DNA of 63,679 bases, filler included, from Choristocarpus tenellus KU-1152 (taxonomy: Eukaryota > Protista > Phaeophyceae): assembly GCA_964200185.2 (NCBI GenBank). It is 12 parts of 12 records of this genome, joined end to end, with 100 filler letters (N's around TTAATTAATTAA, not from the genome) between each part and the next. Parts side by side here need not be neighbours in the genome. Positions count along the whole stretch, not along the records: positions 20,579 to 26,271 come from CAXNAD020009987.1; positions 26,372 to 30,337 come from CAXNAD020016888.1; positions 30,438 to 35,744 come from CAXNAD020011205.1; positions 35,845 to 38,603 come from CAXNAD020024985.1; 8 more parts are not named here. The stretch is one strand, 5' to 3'. Below the pieces are notes generated by a model. It worked only from the letters and a program-made list of their open reading frames with translations. It made no database searches and was not told the DNA's origin. How positions within the stretch are numbered: the first letter of the stretch is position 1; each line of letters starts with the position of its first letter. Position numbers and translations under genes: made by a program. Below are positions 23,795-36,608 of the stretch, in pieces.

Positions 23795-25595
23795 ATGTCG
23801 AAGCCTGGTCATGTTCCAGGACGTGACAGGGAATGTAAACGACGGCGGGTCATAGACACCGCAGTGCCTGCTTTGCGCTACCATGGGGATGAAATAGTCT
23901 TGGGGGATCGTCTTATGGCAATTGCTGAGGAGCTACATCTCCAACTCAAGGGTGTGTTCATCGCCCACAAGATCTATCCTCTCGTCGTCTGTGCAACACC
24001 CCAATGCTGACGACGTAGAATCCACATCAAGTACTTGTTCCTCCCCATGTACGCTTTCCCACACTCTGTGTCAGACACAGAGTGGCATGGATCACCTAAG
24101 TGTGCCGTGAACTGCTCGTACAATGTGCTCGAATATGCATGGGAGCCTCATGAGGACTTCACAAGGCGGTATGGAGGAAGGTCGCTTGGCAGGGCCTTGT
24201 TGGTTGGCATGAATCCTGGTCCATGGGGAATGGTAAGAGAAATTCAGTGTCATGATGCAGATTTCTTGGTTTGCGATGGTATAACGTTGTCGTGGTTACG
24301 GGTGCATGTTGTCGTACTGTAGTTCGTGAACTTGAAATCACCACAATGCCGACGTCTCTGGCCCTGTCTTGAGATTCCTTCATCCCCCTTCTTGGAAATC
24401 TGGGCATGACTATTTTCAGCAATCAATTTTTTGCTAGAGCAAGTCGTCGATGGGTACTTCTCGGGTGCCCTACTGAGGTTGAACAATAGTGAAGGTTTCT
24501 TGCCGTCCCTGTGTACTCACTCGATTGATTCTCCCATACTGTGGCTTGGGAGGGTCTCTTAGAGGCAATGCAAAAGGTCAATGCGCATTAAAGCCCTGTC
24601 TACTACAACACCTAGTCCCCCCCCCTCCCCAAACATCACCTGCTCCATGTTCTCTTCTCAGGTACAAACCGGGGTTCCCTTTGGCGAAGTGGACCACGTT
24701 CGTGATTGGCTAGGTGTGTCTGGGTCGGTGGGCAAGCCAATTGTTGAACATCCTAAGAGGTTGGTTCAAGGATTTGACTGCAAGCGGAGTGAGGTGGGTT
24801 ATGCATAAGATGAAGAGCATCCAACACCTTTTAAACCCAGTCCTGGAATGCTGTCACTTGTTGTAGGTGCAGGACCAACGTGACCTCGCTGGGGTCGTCT
24901 TTGCCAAGGAAAGGTCTGGTATTTCAGCAGTAGACTCCATGCCACATTTGTAAACTGATATTTGTTCTCTTAATATTGGATGCCATTGATTTGGAGGGGA
25001 GGACCCTTCATGCATTTCAGAGCACGCAAGCAAGTACAATTGATGAAAGTGATCTCCGCATTTTTTCTATTTTTTCTGATGTAGGACAATGCTTCAGTTC
25101 CAAAGATCCGATCAAGAAATATAAATGATTCTGGGACTCTGAGATTGCACCACCAATCTTTGATAAGGTCAATAAAAGTGCGTCCTGTTGCAAGACAGAG
25201 CAAGGCATGTCTATGTTCGTGCATGCCTCCCGAGCATAAGAGTCAGAGGTGCATGGAAGACCTCTTCTTCATCAAGTGTAATAACTACTGAGAGGGCAGT
25301 TATTTGCCGTTGCTGAGATCACTCTTTTTCTTGAAGGAACTGCTGTTGAGGAGAGGTGCCCATTTGCCATTTTTTTCTTTACCCAAAAATATCAACTTAC
25401 TATGTGTGCCTTTCTGTCTGTCTGTCTGTCTGTCTGTCTGCCTGCCTGCCTGCCTGCCTGTCTGCCTGTCTGCCTGTTCGTGTGTCTGTCTGTTGGTCGG
25501 TCGGTCGTTGTCCACCCCTCCTTCCCGGCAGGTCAGCGGGAAACGCCTCTGGGGATTTTTTAAACGAAAATTCGGAACAGCTGATTCTTGGGCAG
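23795..25595 (+). CDS. SMUG1: Single-strand-selective monofunctional uracil-DNA glycosylase, 3'-partial
   Basis: Exons 23795-23951, 24075-24232, 24662-24793 and 25532-25595 give [23 protein letters not shown]|[31 protein letters not shown]|VSGKRLWG. There is an N-terminal KRRR NLS-like motif. Confidence 0.97.
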
Positions 25596-26580
25596 GTAGG
25601 TCTGTTGATATGTCATAACCTGGCAAGCACTCTTTATTTTATCCTGTATCGTGCTCAAATAGCAATGCAAGTGGCAGGACGGATAACAGGGGCAATGGGG
25701 GTGGGCTTCCGCCAATTGTGTTTATCTAGTCTGAAGCATGTTGCTGTTTTGGAGAGTATTTCACTGATAAAGGATTGCATGAGTTGAGGAACACACTCAA
25801 CCACTTCTGCACAAGGCAGGTTGTGTTTGTATCTGGTGCATAGCATGTGGGGAGGGTTACTTGTGGTATGAACTACCATTAATTTTAAAATGCAACTGTG
25901 TCTGCCATTTCTCTCACCCACCTTGAGCAATCATCCTTCTCAAATGGCTTCTGGTTCTATTAATACCTTGGATCTGTGATGTGTCAATCTATGTCAGGCG
26001 CCCTGGTCCTGCTGTAGACACGAACACACCATCACACTCCGAGAATTCCCCTGTTAAAACACAGGTGTATTGTTTTCAGCTAATTGTTTGAAGGAATGAT
26101 ACCATTCATTGTGTACGACCACCTACACAATGTTTGTCTTTCGAGTGTAGTTGGGGTAGAGCTCTACTGCTGTGTTCAGACCCAAAGTATCTGGGGGGTG
26201 GGGGGGGGGGGGTTACACCAGGGTGTCCCTTTGGGCCAAAATCAGGAAAGGGGTATTTACATTTTCCATCCNNNNNNNNNNNNNNNNNNNNNNNNNNNNN
26301 NNNNNNNNNNNNNNNTTAATTAATTAANNNNNNNNNNNNNNNNNNNNNNNNNNNNNNNNNNNNNNNNNNNNCACACACACAAACCCACACACACCCCCCC
26401 CCACCCACACATACACCCCCACACCCACCCTCACCCCCCCCCCCCCCCCCCCACACACACACATGCACATTTCCACTTCTTTTGAAGCTCTTTATGGTAT
26501 ACTGGTCGCCTCTCTCACACCCATGTTCACAACCATGATTTAGATCAACAATCAGACCAAAGAACAATTTCTAAATCTCA

Positions 26581-26645
26581 ACCAATCACCACCCACCAAT
26601 CACCACCCACCAATCACCACCCACCAATCACCACCCACCAATCAC
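26581..26645. repeat. 14-bp tandem repeat (ACCAATCACCACCC), about 4.5 copies
   Basis: Directly visible. Confidence 0.95.
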
Positions 26646-26689
26646 GCGATGTGATTCAAGAACAGGTGTCGGGGTCACATGGTGTGTAC

Positions 26690-28457
26690 CTTGATCATCG
26701 TAGTGTAGGTCATAACATCCGGCTTTACACCCCAGTACACCATATCTTTCCACAGCTTCCAGGCCCTGCAGAATGAAGGGGAGGTGGGGGGGGCAGGGTA
26801 CCATTTGAGAATGACTGAGGTTCACCTTGCTGAAGAGGCGTATGTCTCTTGCACTGGGAAGGGTCACCAGAGGCCACAGCAAAAGCAGTACTCCAACACT
26901 GTCCTACCCGATATAGTGATGGACAAAGACAAAAAGAAGGACCTCTGGTGCTTGGATAAGGACAGCAAAATGGGGCGGTTACCTATTTCTCAATTGAGTG
27001 CATTTTTTATTTTTATTTTTTATTCACTCGTCTAGCCGTTCACATGTGTGAGAAAAGCAACAGAGAAGAATAGGAGCTCCCAACGATATGGTTCATGTAT
27101 GAGAACTCTCCGTGATGTATGTGGTGTATGTGATGTATGTGGTGCTCATGTACAGTACCTGTCTGCAGCTAAGTCCAGCAGAGGAGGATATTGAATTTTT
27201 TTTTAAACAGGTGAATAAATAAAAAGCAGAGAGAGAGGGACTCAGCAGAAGTTTCTGAGCAGGGGCTGTCATTCAATACAAACCTTTCCGAGACATCAAA
27301 CACAAACACAAACACAAACACGCCTCACCAAATCAAATCAAATCAAATCAAATCATATACATTGATATAATTTCATTCCGTACCTTGAACACCAGAATCA
27401 ACTGTCACCATAGGTGTTGCAACGTTCATCACATGGAAGAAAAATAAATGGTTCCATTAATCGTAACTGAAATCAATAGTTAAAATGGTTCCAACCAAGA
27501 ATGCAACCGCACTCTCTTTTTTCCTTCATGTACCCTGGCCCCTTCACCCTTCACCCCCCACCCCCCACCCCCACCCACACCCACACCCACACCAAGTAAA
27601 AACATCATATCTACGCTTCCAATTTTTTAACAATGCGCACTGTGTAAAACTTCAATAAACAGAAATATATACATAAGTATGTATAAATACAGAAACTCAG
27701 ATCCCTTGCTTTTTTCAGTGTCACATTTCCAGGGTTCCACACAAAGGACAGTGACAGATGATGACAGAATAATAGTCAAAAAATCCTCTATAGGTCCCTA
27801 ACCCTAGCCAACAACCACAACAAAAGAGGGGCGATCTACATTGCTGCAGAGAGCGCAGAACTTATCACTTTCCTGAACCCCTCACATCCAAAATTTTCAG
27901 AAAAAAGTTGATACACACATATACAAGAGAGAGAGAGACCGCCACCTGCATCATAGCAACTCCTAACTAACCTTAAACCTGATCTTCCAACTCAATATGA
28001 TCCCATTCCCATCCCATCCCTTCCTTCCCCTCTTCCCCCTTCCCCCTCTCCTTACCATCACCCAAGAGTCTGCTCACAACCCACCTCTTGGTATCTCCTA
28101 TTCTCACCCAGCCTGCAAGAAGTGAAGTATAGACCACCACGCCCCAGGGTAACCCAGCATCACGCATCTGGTCTCCCAGTTCAAGAGCCTCTTTCATCCT
28201 TCCAACTCTGGTTTGGGCATGAATCCTGGCAGACCACTGATGCTCTCCTGGCACCATAGAGGTTCCTTGTATCTTGGATTCCATCTCCCTCCATATCTAT
28301 TCTTGTTGGGGGGGGGGGGGGGGGGGGGGGGGTTTTTTTTTAAAAAAAAAAATTTTTTTTATAATAATTTTATTATAATTTTTTTTTTTTTTTTTTTTTT
28401 TTTTTNNNNNNNNNNCTGGGTGCAGTTGGTATTTTGTTTCTTGGCTGGGTTGGTGGT

Positions 28458-28499
<42 letters not shown>

Positions 28500-30265
28500 G
28501 TTATTGTAATCAAAGAACGAATTTCATCAATCAGAATGTGACTAACGAATTTGTGTGTATGTATGTACATTATACTTTCAGAAATGCAGAGTAGATAACA
28601 GCACAAAACACTTTTTCTTTTCTTTTTAAACAAAAAGGAACCTATTTGCTCTTGAGTGTCAAAAAAACAGCACACACACTGTGTTTGCACTGGCACAGAG
28701 CATCTACTGGAGGGTTAAAAACTAAGCTATCGCTCTTACAGCGTGAACGTGAAAAACGTTCTAAAATTTATAACAAACAGTACCTCTGTGCGAATTTTGG
28801 ATCTTCAGCGAACAAACGTGCAGAGTAGACTGCCACATGGCCTTGACTCCCAAACCCGACAGCAGAAGAACAAATCTTCTCACTGCATCTTCAAGAGCAC
28901 AGTTTTGTTTCAATTAACAGGCTCACTACTTGCTTGATGTGTTTTTAGGGGACTACTTCAGGGCTTGACTCGCTATCCCCTTGCCGGAAAGTTCAAAATC
29001 ACTCCAACGAATTGACATCTCCGGTTGAAATATAAATATGAAATATAAATATGAAATACGCTGCACATGTTGCTTAGGGAGTAACAAGTACATCTCCATC
29101 ACATACACTCACGCACACCAACACTTCTCTCAAGGAAAAAACATGGCATAATGGCCGGATTCCACTGTGGAGCACCGACCAAAACTTCCAGCGCGCACCT
29201 ACATTTGCGTACAATAATTGAGGCAAGACCTGATGATGAAAACCATCAAATACAGAAGGGAATTGATAATGAAAACCATCAAACACAGAAGGGAACTTGT
29301 GTTTCTCCAGGCTCTACTACTATTTGGTGCGGAAGGGTTGCCAATGGGTATTAAAAAAAAATTATCCCACATTATGCACCAATTCAAAAAAAGAAAAATT
29401 ACAACGCGCCTCAAATGCAAAGAAAAAGGAACATCAATCGTTGGCTCAGTTACAGGTGCCTCAATGAAATCAGCCGCTCCAGTGTCATGTTCTCACCCGG
29501 TAGCGAGTACTCTAATGTGAAGAAACGTATCTAAGATGGGCAAGTCAGGGGAAACAATGGAGAAGTGCAACAAATAACCTCATTTCTACCTCATTTCTAC
29601 CTCATTTCTACCTCATTTCTACCCTAATAACCTGCAGAACAGGAAAGCCATCTGGACCACCCATTTCCCAAAACCCATTCCCACCTCCCCTACCTCCTTT
29701 CTCAATCTGTGCAGTATCTCTCTGAGAAACCAGGCTCCCGTACCAACCCCCGCCAATAATACCCACCTCCTCTGCAGCATCACCATCTCTGGCAAGACCA
29801 GCACCAGCAAGGAGTGCAGTGTATGTCTTCATGTCCGCTTGAACCCCACGCTTCTGCATCTCCGGCCACACCTTCTCCTTTGCCTCCGCAAATCTCCCGT
29901 GCGCACTCAAAACTCTTATCAGTAGCGTGTATTTCCTAACAGAAGCAGTGGATTCAGGGGTTCGATTATGGACGACGGGGGCAACCCCCCACCACTCCAT
30001 CTCTGTCGACACGTCAGTGTCGGAGACTGCCCTCACTCTAGTTGATTTTTCACTCTGCGTACACTCTCCTGAGGCCGTCGAAGCTTCCGTGTCTCCAGCG
30101 GTGGAAGATAGTCCTGCGCGCTGGGCCTCTACCTCAGGCTCCACATGCATGAGATCTAACTTGGCAAGGAGGGAGTCGGGGTCATACGAGAGCAGATGCT
30201 TCATTCCCCCAAGTTCTTGGTGTCCGATCGGCGTGTCTAGGAGCTCTGATGCCATGTCCTCCAGA
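26690..30265 (-). CDS. Pentatricopeptide repeat (PPR) protein, internal partial gene
   Basis: Exons 30265-29767, 28296-28085 and 26765-26690 splice to KYTLLIRVLSAHGRFAEAKEKVWPEMQKRGVQAD-MKTYTALLAGAGLARDGDAAEE|IWREME..VVYTSLLAGWVRIGDTKR|AWKLWKDMVYWGVKPD-VMTYTTMIK, i.e. successive 35-aa PPR motifs. Confidence 0.93.
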
Positions 30266-31214
30266 CTTGGCAAAGATGAAAAAAAACAGACAGGAGGGAT
30301 TAGGGGTGGGGTTGGCCTTGAAGGGAGGGATCCAGGTNNNNNNNNNNNNNNNNNNNNNNNNNNNNNNNNNNNNNNNNNNNNTTAATTAATTAANNNNNNN
30401 NNNNNNNNNNNNNNNNNNNNNNNNNNNNNNNNNNNNNTAATTTTTTTTTTTTTTTGGGGGGGGGGCGGGGGGATTTGCACCGTTTTTTTCAGTTTGTTCC
30501 GTGCACGTTCCTGGTTCATTCTCAGACAGTTCCTAAAAAAAAGAAGAAGAGGTTCGCTGATCGATCCACGACAACCTCGACCCTAACCCTAGCCACTACA
30601 AACAGTACAAGGAACCAGAGATTGATTTGATTGCCAGGCGAACCCCATCATGGTGAAAGTGACCAAAGTGACCAAAGTGACCACCCCATCAACTCACCGC
30701 GATCTTGCTGAGACAGACTGAGACAGACTGAGACAGACCACTGCAGAAGAACTACTACAAAGAACCACTACTGATGCAGAGATTACATCCAAGGGACACC
30801 TCCGGTGGCACATCTATGGCCAAGGGAAGTTTTTTCACGTGCCAAACTGTTTTTTTTTTTTTACTTTTACTTTTTTCTTGGACCTCTGCTGGGCATCAGT
30901 CGGACCTCCAACCTCATGTCAGGGATCTCTGTTGATTCATCGCCTGCTTGGGATCCTGCCAGGTGGCCCCTTGCCCGTTGTTCGCATTACTCAGGCCATC
31001 AGGCTTGAGCAGTATCTGATACGTTTCTCATTCAGTACCTCATCCTGCCCTGATCGGATCACTCACATACCCTCTATCTGGGAACACATGTCACTGTTAC
31101 GCAGGTGATTGGGTCCTCGCTGTATCAAACCCAGCAGAGGTCAACAATCTACCAACTTGCCCAAGTCCGCTCTTCGTCTTGCATCCATATCCACCAAGCT
31201 CTCTGTGACCCGAG

Positions 31215-31263
<49 letters not shown>

Positions 31264-31784
31264 ACGCAGACTGTCCCGATCCCCGACATCGTAGTGATAA
31301 AAGAAGCAATGGAGGTATTTAGAGGCGACTGTATCGGTGAATATTATCTTTCCATTATTATTATTATTTATGTATGTTTTGATATCAAGCATGACTATGA
31401 AGCCAATAATTTTATTTTTATTACCACGAAGCCAAAAGTCACCACAATAGCAGCGTGTTCAAAGGATCAACCCTAACCCTAACCCTAGCCCTCACTGCAC
31501 GGCTTCTGACTGAAGCGGCACACTGATCAACTCTTTGGTACAGACAGAGTCTTAACTAATGGAGAGAGAGAGAGAGAGGTACCCAGGTCCCGTCCGTTTC
31601 GCACATACCTTTAAAAAAAAAAAAAAAATTACCTTACGTAATTCAAATTCACCCATATATATATATATATATTTATTTTTCTATGGATGAAGAAGTAGCG
31701 TCGGAGTTCGACTCGAGATAATCGATTTATTTTTATTATTATTATTATTGCTTGAGACTTTTCGACACAATTCAGAAAGTATCC

Positions 31785-31907
31785 TATATATACACATACA
31801 TATATACACAAATGCATACATATATACACAAATGCATACATATATACACAAATACATACATATACATATATACACAAATACATATATATATACATATATA
31901 CACATAT
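31785..31907. repeat. Degenerate (TA/CA) microsatellite
   Basis: Directly visible. Other SSRs lie at 25412-25495 (CTGT/CCTG), 29578-29620 (11-mer), 40394-40443 (CA) and 44651-44687 (CAAAA). Confidence 0.9.
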
Positions 31908-34900
31908 TTGGAAGAAATTAAAGAGGACTTATTTTTCAGCATCCCTTCCGATACAAAACTCTGGATAACCCTCTCGGAAGGTTCTCGCCTATTGAGGATT
32001 AGGACCCAACGCCATTTCCGACTACTGGTAAGGATCAACACAACTTCACTTGTTAACACAACCAACACTACCTACGACTAATTTACCTTGTTCTTGTCCC
32101 ATGCACAAACACACACACACACACACAGATGAACGCATCACTGTACCCTGCTGCTGCTACGCCTGAGTTGTCACGATATATCTTTTTTATCTCTACATCT
32201 GTTTCTTTTTTTATTGTTCCAGTATTTTCTCTTCCTCCATCTCTGTCTCATACTCCCTAGACGTAAGGGGTAATCGGGGTCACAGTGCGCTGCGGGTCAT
32301 CAATACTTCTGAGATATTGCTTGTGCTGACGTACACATGGGGTATTTTTTTGTTTGTCACTTTTTTGTGACGATATACGCACATACACAACACGTCGATG
32401 TCAGCTTAAGGTACAAGACAAACCCAACAACATACTGTCACTTGTCAACATCACCCATCGAGGTTGTAACTCAACTGTACCTCCTCAGTAAAAAAGAAAA
32501 AGAAAAAGAAGAGAATGTACCGTTGTTCTTAACAGATTTTTTCTTCTTTCTAAATGTGCGAGATGATGATGTTGACTTTCATTTTTTTTTTTAATACCAG
32601 GAGTTCTCCAGCACACTACTCTTTTGTATCACCTGTCAGAACTATTGGTTTCGTACCACCTACATATTATTATTATTATTATATCTGTAAGATACAGGGG
32701 TGAAATTGCATCATGGACTCCTGCAGCCGTACTATCTTTAAAAAAAGTACCAATTAGTAAATAGGAAACTGTATTGTTTGTAACAAGATTTACCAACAGT
32801 ACCCCAGGAGAGTGTGCTAACCCCTAGCAAACAAGAAAGTTCACCAACTCAATGTTTCCCGGACATCATTGATATAGTATGTATTGATATGGTATGTATT
32901 GATAGGGTATGTATTGGTTTCCCACAATTTTTTAAGATGCCCTTTCTTGTACTTGAAAAAAATAAATAGATTGCTCACCGTTCTGAGGGATAAAATAAAA
33001 AAAAAGGTACTGAAGAAATTCAATTTGTGATAGTGACCACTACTGATATAGTGGGTATTATATTAACTGTAGGAACACAAGATATCAATGTTGCTGCCGC
33101 TGGTACCAAAGTCATCATCATAACACAAGATATCAAATAAAACAGGCCCATCAAGGCCAGAAGATACGCACACAAGCACACACACACACTCTGTTGGGTT
33201 CAATTGTTCTAAAAATTGAGGGAGAACACACCAGCATCACAAGCTCTGAAGAACAAAGAACTGTACGGATTGGAAGCAGGTGGTCATCTACTGAACAAGA
33301 ACAGTAATCAAAATGTGACTGCACAGTCTCACGCCCTTATCAACACGGAGAAATATTCAGGACCTAGAACCAGATCAGCCGTCGAACTAGACGGTACAAA
33401 CATCTAACGGCCCCTGGACTGGACCTGTCGGAGACATGCTGCTTGGGAACAGTACTGTTGAGATTAAATATTTCAGAAGGAAATATTTTCTTTTTTTTAT
33501 CGGGAGACGTGGAAACTTACGAACAGCCATCCAGCCCCATCATGAGCACAGTTGAGCACAGATTTCTCCAAACACAGGTGGGCATATATGAACACTCGAT
33601 TTTTATCAAGCAATTCTCCCCTATCCCGTTTCAATACTAATATCGGTCTTTAGGACTCTGAACGGCCCAAGCCAACAGACCAGCGGACCAGAAGGTAGAG
33701 GTACCTGACGGTCCTGGAGAGGAAGTTTCAGACACACAGGAAATTGTGTTGACCCTCAGGCTATACTCTAGAAATAGTAGACAGCACTGGACATTAGCAG
33801 ATAAAAGAGAAGATGAGGCAGCGGCATCAGGGACTTAACCCTGACCTGAATCGTTGGAGGTCTGGGGTAAGATACCCACACTACCAAAAAATGTTAGGGC
33901 TAGGGTAAGGATTAGGGTTAGGGTAGACTTCATATATAGTACATACATGTTGGGAAAGCATAAAATACAGAGCATCCCCACAGCTTGCAAGAGGGAGAGT
34001 CTCTTGAGTCTCAAATACACAGTCGTCTACCTTCGTTTTGTGATACTGAACACAAAAGGCAGCTTATCAAATTTTGAGGTTGGAAGAAGGGGTGGGTGAA
34101 AGAGTTCACACCACTGAACAGGGAGGTTCGACCGGAGATCAACTCTTCGGCGCTTTAAGGGGGGTCGAGCGGGAAACGATCCTGGTTGATGAAGAAAAAA
34201 TCTTGCACCACCTTCACCAGGAACCCCCCCCTTCCCTTCAATACAAGGAAGAGTTGTGTGTTCTTCATTCCAACATCCAAAACTTAGTTATGCGTGACTG
34301 TACGAACAGTTATCGTGTAGCAATATCAACACACTTCTCTTGCCCTGTCCCAAGGTCTCCATCTACTCAGAACTGCTGTGCGCTTACCTGTGCCACCACC
34401 GTGCCAATAAAATATAGTATCAACGGCTGTGCAAGGAGTCTCACGCACCAAATGCAATACAGTCTTCTGTGAGTGCCTCGATATGGGTTGAGCTTTAGCG
34501 GAAGGTGGGTTGTTCAGCCACCGGGGGGGCAGCGAGGACAAGTGAAAGCATGGGGAACGCGAGGACGCACTGTTGGAGTAAGCAAGGATGCTAGAGGAAT
34601 ATCATTGTGTGCAACGGATTGTTTAGATGTGGGTTTAATCATCACAAGGGTCGAATGGGGGTTTGTAAAGTGGGCCAAAACACGGGGATTAGATCAGTGA
34701 TATCAGAGCAAAGAATGAGCAAAGGGTTCATTCCACAGACTATCGCAAAGGTTTGCACAGCTCAGACAGTATGCCACAATCCCATGGAAGACCATTCCCT
34801 CTCCAAACGACTACACTTGATACTCGCCAAGGTGTACCTCACACACCAAATCATATGCTCACCAAGCTCATAACCTACCTTCCTCTCACCCATCCGCCTT

Positions 34901-36412
34901 ATAGACAACTTCAGGTCAGCTCCGTTTCCTCAAGAATTGGACGAGGTACACAAGATGACCTTCTGTACATTACCTTTATGACCTTCAGTTTCGGCAGCTA
35001 TAGAAACGCAGGACTTCCAGACTATGACTGGCTGTTCACAGGGGAATAACAACGCCCCATACTCTACTCTTGTGAAAAGGAAACCATATCGCGCAAGCAG
35101 AGAGTTGACGTTGACATCGATGCCACTTGCATACAAATGAGTGTAGTATTTTTTGAATCCTACTTGTGTTGGGAGATATTGTATCCAAGGACTTCGAAGG
35201 TTCGAACCCCCACGATGCCAACTTCAATCTTGACAGGAAGTCCAGTTTCGTTCTATTCAATTCTGTGTATCAAATACAGATTTTTCTCTGTATAAATACA
35301 TCACACAACATATTGTAGATACTACTTCTAATAATACATTTAAGTGTGTAGCACTTCTGTAACTATTACTAGGTATTTTGTGTTGGATATCTGTAACTGA
35401 CGCCAGATAAACACACACCCTTCCCTTCCACCTATACTCCAACAATCTCCCCCCCCCCCTTGGAAGGGCTATTGTGATCCGTTTAGATCCTGCCTATAAG
35501 GAGCCCGGTCTATGATGCCTCTTTTACAATTCTGGATTACGTATTTGACCACTTTCAAGGCCAAAGCTACATATCATGTACGAGTTAGGGGCAATCATCA
35601 AATAGTGCACAGGGAGTCCCATTCCCTCCCTCGCACAGACCCCTCCTTTGCCTTTACTCGTGGTACAACTGGAACAGCAACGTATCAGGTAGGGGGTGAA
35701 ATCCGTATTTTTGCTTAGGCGCAGCCCCCCCCCCCCCCCCCCCCNNNNNNNNNNNNNNNNNNNNNNNNNNNNNNNNNNNNNNNNNNNNTTAATTAATTAA
35801 NNNNNNNNNNNNNNNNNNNNNNNNNNNNNNNNNNNNNNNNNNNNTTTTGATTTCCTGGTGAACAACTAGTTTGGGGGCTTCTTTTTCCCCCCCCCCCCCC
35901 ACCCCCAAAGCTCTTATCTATTTCCAACAATCTGCTGGTTGAGTCCATATTTGCAATTTTCAGTAAGTGTGTGTTCGGTTGATTGTAGTGGGAAGGGCAA
36001 TGTGGCCTGCCTTTGTGCATGTAGTCCACAACACCATGTGCCGTGCCTAGATTTTCTGAGCTGTTTGCATCATGCCTTTGTTTTGATCCACTGCCTTACA
36101 GATAAATCTCGTTGGTGTGGATAGACCTCTCATTATTCAAATGTATGTAGCCAGGAAAATATTGGTAAGGCAGCTGGAAGTGGTACAGAATTATCCCTAG
36201 AAATTCTTCTGCCTCACTTGGAACAGATTTGGAATGGATCGTAGTGAGAGCTTGAGTTTGGGTGTATATGCAGCGGTGTCTGAGGGGAACAGTGCATGAG
36301 AGTCAACCAATACCGTGCTGTCTGTGGTGAATTTTGGTTCTGTTTTACGCGTGTGTTCCAACAGTTATTACCTTTGTGCCTTACACCCTCTTCAACAAAC
36401 TATTCCAAACAG

Positions 36413-36608
36413 CGGGTATGGCCCTATCTTCCGCCTATCAACTAAGATCGGAGACAGCACAGCTTACACGGACCCGCTCACTGGGGACGATATACTGAGG
36501 TGCTTCGGATTGGACAGAGGGGGAGTGCCTCAAGGCATAGCAGTTCTTGCGGTGATTGCAGCAGTCGGGCTAGTTGTTGCCTACACTGTGCTCAGGCGCA
36601 TGAGATAG
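36413..36608 (+). CDS. Terminal exon of an ABCG-family (white/ADP1-like) transporter
   Basis: CAG acceptor followed by ..LTGDDILRCFGLDRGGVPQGIAVLAVIAAVGLVVAYTVLRRMR*. This is the G.DIL..FGL plus final TM plus AY..L pattern of ABCG C-termini. Confidence 0.72.

Noticed and set aside
33950-35130. Stop-riddled reading frames faintly reminiscent of an LTR-retrotransposon integrase/chromodomain
   Set aside because: No diagnostic motif can be read with confidence. It needs a translated search.
35170-35222. GGTTCGAACCC B-box / tRNA 3'-like motif, plus a shared GAGAGGTACCCAGGT at about 31574 and 51286
   Set aside because: No complete cloverleaf or A-box can be built. At most these are SINE or tRNA relics.
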